DNA of 62,424 nucleotides, from the IMG/VR virus record IMGVR_UViG_3300042397_000683, positions 1-62,424 of that record. One strand, 5' to 3'. Below the pieces are notes generated by a model. The model searched no databases. It saw nothing but the letters and a program-made list of their open reading frames with translations, and was not told the DNA's origin. Every line of letters starts with the position of its first letter. Position 1 is the stretch's first letter. Shown one piece after another: positions 37,899 through 47,333 of this stretch. The translations under genes and the position numbers were made by a program. Origin of the DNA: a virus. Lineage: Duplodnaviria > Caudoviricetes.

Positions 37899-37929
37899 TT
37901 GCTACTATGCAAACAGTTACCTAACTTTG
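37899..37929 (+). promoter_or_regulatory. Bacteroidota promoter starting the packaging/head arm
   Basis: TTG N20 TAACTTTG followed by an AACCAAACAA leader. Confidence 0.75.
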
Positions 37930-37952
37930 CAGATAACCAAACAATAAATAAT

Positions 37953-38606
37953 ATGCTTAAATACGATATTAAGCAAGCTCCTGTCAACACAGTAATTGTG
38001 GAAGTAGGTGCTACGCTAGACGATACTGTTACCTATGGTTCGTTAACTTTAAACATAGACCCAGAGTTTAATCCTACCCAGTACGCACGCATCTACGGTC
38101 GCGTCATAGCCGTCCCCGAAGGGAAAGCATATGCGACCAATGAACTTGAAATAGAGAAAGATGTTCAGGTAGGCGACATTATATACTTCCATTATCTTAC
38201 GACGACAGATGAAACGAACTGTATCCACGGCAACTATTTTAAAGTACCTTATTATTGGATTTTTTGTGCTATTAGGGACAATGCTATTATACCTATTGGT
38301 TCCTGGGCTCTATGTGAGAAAATTGTTGAAGAGGCGTTTAATGAAGTGGAGGTTAATGGTGTTAAGATTCAAGCAACGTTATCGCAGTCAGGCTTAGTAA
38401 CTGGTGTTGCTAAGAAGCCATCTGTTAAGTATGCTAAACTTGCGCACATAGGTAAGCCTTTGATGGGTGTTAATGCGCTAGATGCTAACGCTGGAGACGT
38501 AGTGATACTAGAAAAGAACTCGAACTTTGTTAACATAATTGAGGGTAAAGAGTACTATACGCTACAACAGGAGTACATATTAGGTACAAAAAGCAATGCG
38601 TACTGA
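37953..38606 (+). CDS. Tandem GroES-like co-chaperonin
   Basis: Two Cpn10-like units ('GRVIAVP...VQVGDIIYF'; 'PIGSWAL...SGLV...AGDVVI...IEGKEYY'); ATG 37953 lies downstream of the promoter. Confidence 0.7.
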   Translation: MLKYDIKQAPVNTVIVEVGATLDDTVTYGSLTLNIDPEFNPTQYARIYGRVIAVPEGKAYATNELEIEKDVQVGDIIYFHYLTTTDETNCIHGNYFKVPYYWIFCAIRDNAIIPIGSWALCEKIVEEAFNEVEVNGVKIQATLSQSGLVTGVAKKPSVKYAKLAHIGKPLMGVNALDANAGDVVILEKNSNFVNIIEGKEYYTLQQEYILGTKSNAY

Positions 38607-38768
38607 TAGTAGGATTTCCCACTTTCAGCTTATTACGTTTAAATGCACTTTTTATGGTAAAATCTGCGTTTAGAGCAAACTGACTGAAAGTAGGATTTCT
38701 GACAGTCAGAAAACCCGCTTTGATATATAATACTAGATATTAATAATACTAGAATATAATAATACTAG
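38603..38768 (+). repeat. Second, inverted copy of the origin-like iteron/AT-rich element
   Basis: CTGATAGTAGGATTTCCCACTTT (38603); CTGAAAGTAGGATTT-CTGACAGTCAGAAAA-CCCGCTTTGAT (38684-38724); TAATACTAG x3. Confidence 0.8.
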
Positions 38769-38922
38769 TGCGACCTATGTAAATAAGATTTTCGCATAAA
38801 GAAGTGAAGAGGAACTCTTCGCTAGTAGCCAAGTCCCCTTTAGGGGATTTAGGGGCTATGTGAGTACGTAGATATGAAAACAAAATTCGGCGCGCCGCCC
38901 GCCGCCGCAAAACCAAACAGTT

Positions 38923-39483
38923 ATGGCAATATTTTCGCAAAAAGATTTAGATAACCTAGCTATCCCTATTGGAGAGGATAGCCTGGAAAAGCATTCAGAT
39001 GTAATAGAAATTTTTGGTAAGCAATCAAAAGCTGATGTACCGTTAATTAAATACGTTGCATTACTATATGACCAGAAGTCTCCAATGCGATTAAAGATTC
39101 CTGACATCAATGAGCGTAAAAGAGAATGCGCATCTATAGCTGGGCTACCAAAGAACTCAGAAGAAATCTTCAATCTAAACGACGATAAAGTATTGGTGTA
39201 TATCAATGCTTACTTGCGCCATCAATCGTCCAAGGTATGGGCTATTCTGTCTGCTAACGAAGAGGTGTTATGGCAGTATCAGCAAGAATTGCTAACTCCT
39301 ATCAAGGATTTTAGAAGCGATAAGGATAAATTGCAGGCTCTTGAGATTAAGACTAAATTAATGCAAGAGTGCGATGCTATCATTAAGCGCATTGAAGCCT
39401 ACGAGGATAAGTTGTTTGGCGACAATAAGGATAAGAAGTCGGAGATATTGAAGATGTCGCCTGAATCAATTGCTAACATATAA
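38923..39483 (+). CDS. Putative terminase small subunit
   Basis: Helical 186-aa protein immediately upstream of TerL; 'YD.KSP' motif. Confidence 0.55.
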   Translation: MAIFSQKDLDNLAIPIGEDSLEKHSDVIEIFGKQSKADVPLIKYVALLYDQKSPMRLKIPDINERKRECASIAGLPKNSEEIFNLNDDKVLVYINAYLRHQSSKVWAILSANEEVLWQYQQELLTPIKDFRSDKDKLQALEIKTKLMQECDAIIKRIEAYEDKLFGDNKDKKSEILKMSPESIANI

Positions 39484-39525
39484 TTCAATACCACGTAACA
39501 TATAGTGGGTGTTAATATTTAAAGA

Positions 39526-41535
39526 ATGTATAGGAAACATAAAGGAAGTAAAGAGTTTCAGATAATGGGTGTGTCTTGTTGGCGTCCACCTGTTGGGATG
39601 GTTTGGAACGTAATGACGTCTCAATGGGAGCGCAGAGAGATGTATGAGCGTTCATCAAGAACCAATAACCAATACTGGGAAAGACCTTTGCCTCCAGTAG
39701 ATTACGACTTAAAACGAAAGAAAGAGATTGCTTCTCAACGACAAAATCCTGAGTATTATAACCCTGAGCTTCAGGAGTATCGTAATCAGGAGTGGGATAG
39801 ACGCTTAAACGGATTCTGGTTTTACAATAACGGCAAGCCCACTTACATAACAGGGCTTCATTATTTTTATTTAGTCCATTGGAAAATAGATGTAGGCTAT
39901 CCTGATTTCCGCGTTACTGACTTAGAGTTCTTTTATTTCTTAGAGTATGTTGTACAAGACCCTAATAGCTTAGGGATGATTGAGGTTACTAAGCGTCGTC
40001 AAGGTAAGACGATGCGCGCTGGGGCCTTTTTGTTTGAATTAACCTCTCGTAGCAAGAATAAGAATGCGGGGATTCAGTCTAAGACATACGAGGATGCCAA
40101 GGATAACGTATTTGCAAAGGGTGTCGTAATGCCATTTAAGTACCTACCCGATTTCTTTGTTCCGATTTACGATACCGAAAAGGGTATGACCCCCAAAGGG
40201 GATTTGCGTTTTTTCAAGACAAACAAACGGGGTGCTGTAGAAGACTCATTTGCTGAAAAGATTGAGCTTGAGTCAGCTATTACATTTAAGTCTTCAGATA
40301 AGTTTGCCTACGATGGTATGAAGATTCATCGTTACTTAGCTGATGAAGCAGGTAAAACTAAGAACGTAGACGTGTATGAGCGCCATCAAGTCGTGCAGTT
40401 TTGTCTTCAACAAGAAGAGAACATTATTGGCAAGGCACTATACACCACTACCGTAGAGGAAATGGAAGATGGAGGAGCTTCGTTTAAAGAGTTATGGAAA
40501 GCATCTAATCAGCTACATAAGAATGCCAACGGTAGAACAATGTCTGGCTTGTATCAATACTTTATGCCAGCTTATAGAACATTGTTTTATGATAAATATG
40601 GCTTTGCTGACGAAGAGAAGGCTAAAAAGTTTTATCTAGCAGAACGTGCGGCATTAGAGGTTGACCCGCGAGCTTTAGCTTCTTTTATCCGCAAGAATCC
40701 TTTTACAATTGAGGAGGCATTCTTTAGTGAAGCAGAAACTTGTTTATATGATGCAATGAAAATCAATAGACAGATAGAATCTATAACGTGGGTAAATGAA
40801 AAAGAATTATATTTGCGTGGAGAATTTGTTTGGGAAAATGGAGAACGCGACACTAGAGTCGTATTCAAGACTAGTTCCAATGGAAAATTCTTGGTACATT
40901 CGAAGGTAAATCCGTCTGATACAAGTTTTTATAATCAGGTGGAAAATTATGGAACTAAGAAGGTGCCTAAAAATAGCAACAAGTTTGCTATAGGTTGCGA
41001 CCCTTTTGACCATAGCATTACAACGAGTAAAGAACGCTCTGATGGCGCTGCTTACGTTTATCGTAAGTTTGATGCTATGGATGAGCTAAGTGAGACATTC
41101 TTAGTCGAATATCTTAATAGACCTGATAAGGCTGAGATATTCTACGAGGATATGATTAAGATGGCGCATTTCTTTGGTTGCGAATTGCTGTCAGAGGACA
41201 ACAAGGTAGGGTTAATTAAATACTTTGAATACAGAGGATACGATAGGTTCTTAACGAAGATGCCTAACTCCTCCAAATTTGGAGTATCCGCGTCTGTGAA
41301 GATGCATCAGCAGATAGCCGAGCAGACCGAAACCTACATTGAAGAAAACATCCACAAAGTTGTCTTCAAGAACCTGTTGGAGGATTGGTTGCATTTTGAT
41401 ATTAATAAGACTACAAAATTTGACGCCGCTATGGCAAGTGGGTATACGTTAATAGCCGCGAGTAAATCTAAATTTGCTCAAAAGATTGAAGAAAAACAAC
41501 ACATTTACGACGTAAGGGAGATATTCCCATTTTAA
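39526..41535 (+). CDS. terL: Terminase large subunit
   Basis: 'YITGLHYFYL', Walker A 'KRRQGKT', Walker B 'LADEAGK', nuclease 'IGCDPFD' and 'FDAAMA'. Confidence 0.92.
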   Translation: MYRKHKGSKEFQIMGVSCWRPPVGMVWNVMTSQWERREMYERSSRTNNQYWERPLPPVDYDLKRKKEIASQRQNPEYYNPELQEYRNQEWDRRLNGFWFYNNGKPTYITGLHYFYLVHWKIDVGYPDFRVTDLEFFYFLEYVVQDPNSLGMIEVTKRRQGKTMRAGAFLFELTSRSKNKNAGIQSKTYEDAKDNVFAKGVVMPFKYLPDFFVPIYDTEKGMTPKGDLRFFKTNKRGAVEDSFAEKIELESAITFKSSDKFAYDGMKIHRYLADEAGKTKNVDVYERHQVVQFCLQQEENIIGKALYTTTVEEMEDGGASFKELWKASNQLHKNANGRTMSGLYQYFMPAYRTLFYDKYGFADEEKAKKFYLAERAALEVDPRALASFIRKNPFTIEEAFFSEAETCLYDAMKINRQIESITWVNEKELYLRGEFVWENGERDTRVVFKTSSNGKFLVHSKVNPSDTSFYNQVENYGTKKVPKNSNKFAIGCDPFDHSITTSKERSDGAAYVYRKFDAMDELSETFLVEYLNRPDKAEIFYEDMIKMAHFFGCELLSEDNKVGLIKYFEYRGYDRFLTKMPNSSKFGVSASVKMHQQIAEQTETYIEENIHKVVFKNLLEDWLHFDINKTTKFDAAMASGYTLIAASKSKFAQKIEEKQHIYDVREIFPF

Positions 41536-41538
41536 GCT

Positions 41539-43839
41539 ATGATGGAACAAGATGTACCAAAGAATATGGACTTTCCAAGCCATTTAATCGACACCGATAA
41601 AAAGGATAAGAACTGGATTTCCCAGTATATTAAAGCAGCTTGGAGAGATTTTGGAACCTATTATCCTAATCAATTATACAACGGCCGAGAGAATTACCAC
41701 GAGATTAAGTTGTATATGCTTGGTAAACAGTCGATTAGCAGATACAAGAAGCTAGTTAATCCATCTTCTACTGCAAACGAAGACCAATCTACATCTAACA
41801 TAAGCTGGGACATCCTTCCTATTATCCCTAAGTTTCGTCGTATTGCACTAGCTACATTAATGAAGTCTGACTTCAATATATCTGTAGATGCAATTGACCC
41901 TATCGCGCAAGACGATAAGAATAAATTCTACGCTGATAACGCGGCTAAATTAATCCTTAAAGAAGAGTTTGAAAAGCAAGGTGTAGACCCCGATTTGATT
42001 CCAGGCCCCGATGTTGATGCAGCTAACCTTAAAGAGCTTGATATGTATATGAATTACTCATATAAGCATAGAATGGCTATTGAGATGGAGCAAGCTATTG
42101 ACCTTGTGTTAAATATGAATAGTTTTCCGCAAGAGCGCGCGTTAGTTATTGAAGACTTGCACGACTTTGGTATTGCAGGCTACAGAGAATACTTTGACGC
42201 TGCGGGCAACATTAAACTTCGTCGCGTAAATCCTTCTAATATGGTTATGTCTTATACGACTAGCCCATCATTCAAGGATGTTCAGTATATGGGCGAGGTA
42301 GTAGAGATGACAATATCTGACTTAAAAGAATTAGCTGGCGACCAGATTTCTGCTGAGCAGTATCAAATGATTGCCGAGAAATACACGAATAAGCTTGGTA
42401 ATCCAACATTAGTTAAGAATACTGGTTTTAATCAGACTCGTAACTACGATGGATTCCGCATCTCAGTATTAGATATTGAGTTTTACTCTGTTAATAGCAT
42501 TATCTTAGAGGAGCGCGTTAACTCAAAAGGTAACGTAGTTGTAGGCCGCGCGTCAAAAGTAAAAGGGAATCGCAAAGATAAGAAATACTCTAAGACAGAC
42601 TACAAAGTAGTTTACCAAGGCAAGTGGATTGTAGATAGCGATGTATTCTTTGATTGTGAGTTAGCAACAAATATGAAGCGCGCTAAGTCAGACTTGACTA
42701 ATACGTCTTTATCTTACCACGTTGTAGCACCTAACATCTATCAGATGGTTACTTACTCGTTAGGTAGCCAAATGAAAGCGATTGCTGACCAGATTCAGTT
42801 AGCTTGGTACAAACTACAGAACGTGATGCTACGCGCGCGTCCTCGTGGTATTATGATTGAAATTGGAGCACTAGAGAGTGTGCCTATAGGTAAAGGTGGT
42901 AAAGCACTTAAGCCAATGGAAATCATTGACCTATACAATCAGACAGGTAACTTAGTTTACCGTAGATTGTCTGACGAAGGTAATGCAAGCAATTATAAGC
43001 CTATTGAAGAGCTTGATAACGGTATTGGTAATGAAGCAGTGCAATACTTTAACATTATTACTAATAATATCCAGTTACTTCGCGACATTTTAGGATTTAA
43101 TGAGATTACGGACGGCTCAACACCTGACCCACGTACATTAAATGGTGTGGCGAAGTACGCATCTGAGTCTACTAACAACTCTTTGGACTTTATTAAACGT
43201 GCTGAGAGAGAGTTGCTAGAGAAATTATGCTACGCGCTAACACTTCGTATCCAAGATTCTGCAGAGAATGGGGCTATTGAAGGTTATATTCGCGCGCTAG
43301 GTAGTTCTTCAGTACAATTCTTCAAGTTAGACCCTAATACTAGTGCTCACGAGTGCGGTTTAGTGATTACTCAGAAGCCAACAGAGTTTGAAAAGGAGAA
43401 ATTCGCGCAAAGGGTTAATATTGCAATTCAATCTGGACAGATTACCTTGGCGGATGCTATTATGCTTGAGAATCTTGAGAATATGAAGTATGCTGAGGTA
43501 ATGCTTGCATACAAGATTAAGCAAAATGAGCAAGATAAGCAGAAGAAGGCTCTAGAGATGCAACAAATGAATGGACAGATTCAACAGCAATCTGCTCAAG
43601 CAGCTGAAGCCGCCAAACAGCAAACTCTTCAATTAGAAATTCAACTTAAGTCACAATATTTGCAGCTTGAAAAACAGCTTGAGAGTCAATTGCTAGCAAT
43701 GAAGCTTCAGAATGAAGCGATGATTGAGCAAGGTAAGCTTGAAGGTAAGATTAATACTGCAAAGATTGAGGCAGACAGCCGCGAGTACATAGCTCAAATT
43801 AAGAAGAGCGAAAAAGCAGTTGGAAATAAGGCTGAATAG
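41539..43839 (+). CDS. Portal protein
   Basis: 'SWDILPIIPKF...VDAIDP', 'RDILGFNEITDGSTPDP'; follows TerL; C-terminal coiled coil. Confidence 0.88.
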   Translation: MMEQDVPKNMDFPSHLIDTDKKDKNWISQYIKAAWRDFGTYYPNQLYNGRENYHEIKLYMLGKQSISRYKKLVNPSSTANEDQSTSNISWDILPIIPKFRRIALATLMKSDFNISVDAIDPIAQDDKNKFYADNAAKLILKEEFEKQGVDPDLIPGPDVDAANLKELDMYMNYSYKHRMAIEMEQAIDLVLNMNSFPQERALVIEDLHDFGIAGYREYFDAAGNIKLRRVNPSNMVMSYTTSPSFKDVQYMGEVVEMTISDLKELAGDQISAEQYQMIAEKYTNKLGNPTLVKNTGFNQTRNYDGFRISVLDIEFYSVNSIILEERVNSKGNVVVGRASKVKGNRKDKKYSKTDYKVVYQGKWIVDSDVFFDCELATNMKRAKSDLTNTSLSYHVVAPNIYQMVTYSLGSQMKAIADQIQLAWYKLQNVMLRARPRGIMIEIGALESVPIGKGGKALKPMEIIDLYNQTGNLVYRRLSDEGNASNYKPIEELDNGIGNEAVQYFNIITNNIQLLRDILGFNEITDGSTPDPRTLNGVAKYASESTNNSLDFIKRAERELLEKLCYALTLRIQDSAENGAIEGYIRALGSSSVQFFKLDPNTSAHECGLVITQKPTEFEKEKFAQRVNIAIQSGQITLADAIMLENLENMKYAEVMLAYKIKQNEQDKQKKALEMQQMNGQIQQQSAQAAEAAKQQTLQLEIQLKSQYLQLEKQLESQLLAMKLQNEAMIEQGKLEGKINTAKIEADSREYIAQIKKSEKAVGNKAE

Positions 43840-43842
43840 TTT

Positions 43843-43864
43843 ATACATTTGCGTAACCAAACAA
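43843..43864 (+). promoter_or_regulatory. Conserved promoter/leader ATACATTTGCGTAACCAAACAA (copy 1)
   Basis: Contains TACATTTG (-7 box); identical to 46369-46390. Confidence 0.75.
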
Positions 43865-43873
43865 TAATATAAT

Positions 43874-44947
43874 ATGGCAGAGCCGATTAACTTAGACGAA
43901 CTATTGTCTAAAGACGAACCAATTGAGAATACAGAAGAAACACCAGAAACTTCCGACGAAACTTCTAGTGCAGATGATAGCACTGAAGGCGAAGGAACTG
44001 ATGATTCTAATGAAGATAATGAGTCTCAGAACGATGAGACTCCTGTAGAAGATACCGAAACAACAGATGTTGAAGATGGGTATGCGGAAGAAACTGTAGT
44101 TCAACAGGCTGATACGACTCAGTCAGATGACACAGATAGCACACCTACTGATTCCCCTGTTGCTCAGTATCAATTTAAAGACCCGTTCATTGAGAAAGCT
44201 GTACAGTACTACGAGACGTATGGTACGCTTCAGCCTTTCTTAAGAGCAACCGAAGTCGATTATAGCGAGATGACTGACTTGGAAATCCTAAAAGTTAAGT
44301 TCGATACAGAGAACTATGACTTAAGTGATAAAGCCAGACAAAAGCTATTTGACAAGGAGCTAGAAAAATACGGGTTAGATGCGTATGACGAAGAAGACGT
44401 CGAGGTTGGACAAGCACTATTGAAGCGAGATGCTCAAAAGCTAAGAAAGACCTTTATAGAAGAGCAACAGCAATTCTTAAACAACGTTCAATCGCCACAA
44501 GCACAAACAGGCCCTTCGCAAGAAGAGCTAGCTGCTCAGCAAGAACAGAGCAGAAAAATTATTAGTGAAGGAGTCGCCAGTGTTGTCAATAACAACATCA
44601 TTAAAATTGGGGCAAACGGAGAAGGTATTAACTACCAGATTCAGGACCCAAATGTTGTAGTTGATTACGCTATGGATTCAAACAAGTTTCTTTCCATCTT
44701 TGCAAAAGACGGAAGTGTTGATTGGGATAAGTGGACAAAAACAGTTGCATTCGCACAGAATCCAACTCAATTTATAAGCGAATTAATTAAACACGGCAAG
44801 TCTTTAGGACGCAGAGCTATGGAAGCGGAGCTAAAGAATGTCGTTCCTCCTACAGTAAACAAAACGGTTATCCAGTCTAACAACATTGAAAGACCTTCAG
44901 ACGACCCGATTGCTTTCTTACAGGGAATGACTATTACAAAAAAATAG
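43874..44947 (+). CDS. Putative capsid scaffolding protein
   Basis: Highly acidic N-terminus; located between portal and MCP. Confidence 0.7.
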   Translation: MAEPINLDELLSKDEPIENTEETPETSDETSSADDSTEGEGTDDSNEDNESQNDETPVEDTETTDVEDGYAEETVVQQADTTQSDDTDSTPTDSPVAQYQFKDPFIEKAVQYYETYGTLQPFLRATEVDYSEMTDLEILKVKFDTENYDLSDKARQKLFDKELEKYGLDAYDEEDVEVGQALLKRDAQKLRKTFIEEQQQFLNNVQSPQAQTGPSQEELAAQQEQSRKIISEGVASVVNNNIIKIGANGEGINYQIQDPNVVVDYAMDSNKFLSIFAKDGSVDWDKWTKTVAFAQNPTQFISELIKHGKSLGRRAMEAELKNVVPPTVNKTVIQSNNIERPSDDPIAFLQGMTITKK

Positions 44948-44973
44948 TGTTTAACAATTAAATTATTTAAAAA

Positions 44974-46305
44974 ATGGCTATTGGAGCAGGTAACATCGAC
45001 AGAACATTCTTGTCGACTGTATCATTTACAAACACGTTAGAGCAACGTGAAATTTTAAAGGACGTTCTTGACATCTATGATGAAGAGGCGTCTATGTTGG
45101 ACGTATTAGATTGGACAGGTAAGGCTAAGGCTTCTGCTCAAACTGAGTTCTTCACAGTTCAAAACAACTTCTTATATGCAACTGCTACAGTTAAAACTCC
45201 AGGTACTTCTGCGGGTTCAGCTGGCGCTTCAGTTGACATCACTATTGTTGGCGCAACTTCTGTTAAGCCATTGGTAGGGGAATTGATTTTGTTCTCTAAC
45301 GGTGTAGTAGGTTATGTATCAGCTATTTCTTCTGCTACTGACGCTGTTATCACTGTTAAGCCAGTTAACTCTGCGGATGCAATTCCTGCTGCTACAACTG
45401 GTTCTAAGTTATCATTTATGTCTAACGCATATGCTGAAGGAACTGCTTCTAACCAAATGCGTAAGTCTGATTTGATTAAGCGTTCTAACAAGTTGCAAAT
45501 CTTCAAAACTAAAACTTCTATCACAGATATCGCTTACGGTTCTAAGATTGAGGTTGAGTTTAAAGGAAAGCCTTACTACTTCTTGAAGCAGCAGCACGAT
45601 GCATACTTGAAGCACCGTATGGATATTCTTTATTCTATCTTGTTCGGTCGTGAGTCTGCAGGTTTAACTGATGCTGCTGGTAACGCAATTAACACAACTC
45701 GTGGTTTACGTGACACTATCTTAAACGCTGGTGGTATTTCTTCTTCTACTGGAACTGGAAACACAGTTTCTTTAGCTGACTTATCTGCTTTATCTCGTTT
45801 GATGGATGCTAACCGTTGCCCTTCTGAGTACTTATTATGGGCTGGTGCTGATTTCGATAATGCATTTGATACTAGCATCACTGCTGCTACTCAATTCATT
45901 AACGGAGCTGTAAACTACGCTTCATTCGGTGGTAAGAAAGACGTTGCTCTTGCTTTAGGAGTTAACTCAATTGCTGCTTTCGGACGTACTTTCCACAAGA
46001 AGCGTCTTAACGCTTTATCTCACCCACAAATCACTTCAGTAGGTGGTGCTACAGTATTCTCTAAAGAGGCTTACTTAGTTCCTGCTGGAAAGATTAAGGT
46101 TGAGCAAGGTGGAGGTCAAGTAGACCGTATGATGATGCGTTATTTAGAGATGCCAGATGGCGTTAACTCTCGTTTCCGTGAGAAGATGTTGGGTGGTCTT
46201 GCACCAACTCCAACTTCAGACACTGATACTTTAGATATCGTGTACACTTCAATCGAAGGTTTAGAAACTGTAGGTAATGAGCACTTCATTAAGTACAACG
46301 TTTAA
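44974..46305 (+). CDS. Major capsid protein
   Basis: Synteny; 'SNKLQIFK' and 'TTRGL' motifs; strongly biased high-expression codons; terminator follows. Confidence 0.88.
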   Translation: MAIGAGNIDRTFLSTVSFTNTLEQREILKDVLDIYDEEASMLDVLDWTGKAKASAQTEFFTVQNNFLYATATVKTPGTSAGSAGASVDITIVGATSVKPLVGELILFSNGVVGYVSAISSATDAVITVKPVNSADAIPAATTGSKLSFMSNAYAEGTASNQMRKSDLIKRSNKLQIFKTKTSITDIAYGSKIEVEFKGKPYYFLKQQHDAYLKHRMDILYSILFGRESAGLTDAAGNAINTTRGLRDTILNAGGISSSTGTGNTVSLADLSALSRLMDANRCPSEYLLWAGADFDNAFDTSITAATQFINGAVNYASFGGKKDVALALGVNSIAAFGRTFHKKRLNALSHPQITSVGGATVFSKEAYLVPAGKIKVEQGGGQVDRMMMRYLEMPDGVNSRFREKMLGGLAPTPTSDTDTLDIVYTSIEGLETVGNEHFIKYNV

Positions 46306-46321
46306 TCTTAGATTAACTGAC

Positions 46322-46352
46322 AAAGAGAGGGGGAGCAATCCTCCTCTTTTTT
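46322..46352 (+). terminator. Intrinsic terminator after MCP
   Basis: GAGAGGGGGA-GCAA-TCCTCCTCTT plus T run. Confidence 0.85.
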
Positions 46353-46368
46353 GTTTTAATAATAATTG

Positions 46369-46390
46369 ATACATTTGCGTAACCAAACAA
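46369..46390 (+). promoter_or_regulatory. Conserved promoter/leader ATACATTTGCGTAACCAAACAA (copy 2)
   Basis: Identical to 43843-43864. Confidence 0.75.
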
Positions 46391-46398
46391 AATAAAAA

Positions 46399-47214
46399 AT
46401 GAAAGCATCAGATTTTAATCTTCTATCAGAGAAGATGATTAGAAAGCTCAAGCCAAACGAAAGAGCTATTTACCGAGTAAATAATGTTCGTCCTGACCCT
46501 GATAACGCAGGTAAGTTTTTAATGCCTTCTGCATTACAAATTCGTTCGACAGATATTGTTCTCGATAAAGGAACAAATGAGTTTGTGCCAATCGCAGCAA
46601 TTGAGCGTACGGATTTAGAAGGTAATCCTACATTTATTAATATTGTATTTAATGCAACCAACTTAGGGTACTTATTCCTGAACGGGAACAATCCGCTTCA
46701 TCAGAAAATTTATCAGTATGTTGAGTTATGCAACTGGAATGAATCAAATCCAGACAGGAATCAAGAAGAAGAGTCACTATTCTCTCGAATTGATGCTGTT
46801 AAAGAAGCTAAAGTAGAACGTAGTCTCCGCAAAACAATTGTTAAGGCTGTAAATATGGCGATTGAAATGGAAGACGCTAAGGCGAGAGAAGTTGCAATGG
46901 CATTGGGTATTGACGGAGAGACAATCGATGAAATCCGTAACGCATTAGAAGATTATGCAGAAGATAGCCCAGAAGAGTTTGTTGAAGTCGCAGAAAGAGC
47001 TAGCTTAGAGTTTGAATCTTTAATTAAAGAAGCGATTAAGCGCGGAATTATTAATAACAACATTAATAGCCAGGTATTTGAATGGGCAGAGACCAAAAAG
47101 GAAATCCTTAAATATAAAAAAGGCCCAGGAAGGAACTATATCAAAGAATTAGCCGATTACTTACAAGAAAACAACCCAGATGAGTTAAATGCCATCAAGA
47201 CCCGACTAGGGTAA
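46399..47214 (+). CDS. Conserved protein downstream of MCP (crAss-like synteny)
   Basis: 271 aa; own promoter and terminator. Confidence 0.6.
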   Translation: MKASDFNLLSEKMIRKLKPNERAIYRVNNVRPDPDNAGKFLMPSALQIRSTDIVLDKGTNEFVPIAAIERTDLEGNPTFINIVFNATNLGYLFLNGNNPLHQKIYQYVELCNWNESNPDRNQEEESLFSRIDAVKEAKVERSLRKTIVKAVNMAIEMEDAKAREVAMALGIDGETIDEIRNALEDYAEDSPEEFVEVAERASLEFESLIKEAIKRGIINNNINSQVFEWAETKKEILKYKKGPGRNYIKELADYLQENNPDELNAIKTRLG

Positions 47215-47250
47215 ATCCGATACAGGATAGGTTGTTTGGTTTCGGTTATT

Positions 47251-47285
47251 AAGAGAGGGGGACAATGTCCTCCTTTTCTTTTTTT
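47251..47285 (+). terminator. Intrinsic terminator
   Basis: AGAGGGGGAC-AAT-GTCCTCCTTT plus T run; TATATTTG promoter box follows at 47305-47312. Confidence 0.8.
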
Positions 47286-47333
47286 AAAGCAATATAAAAT
47301 ATCGTATATTTGAACAAATTATCCTAAGCTGGT

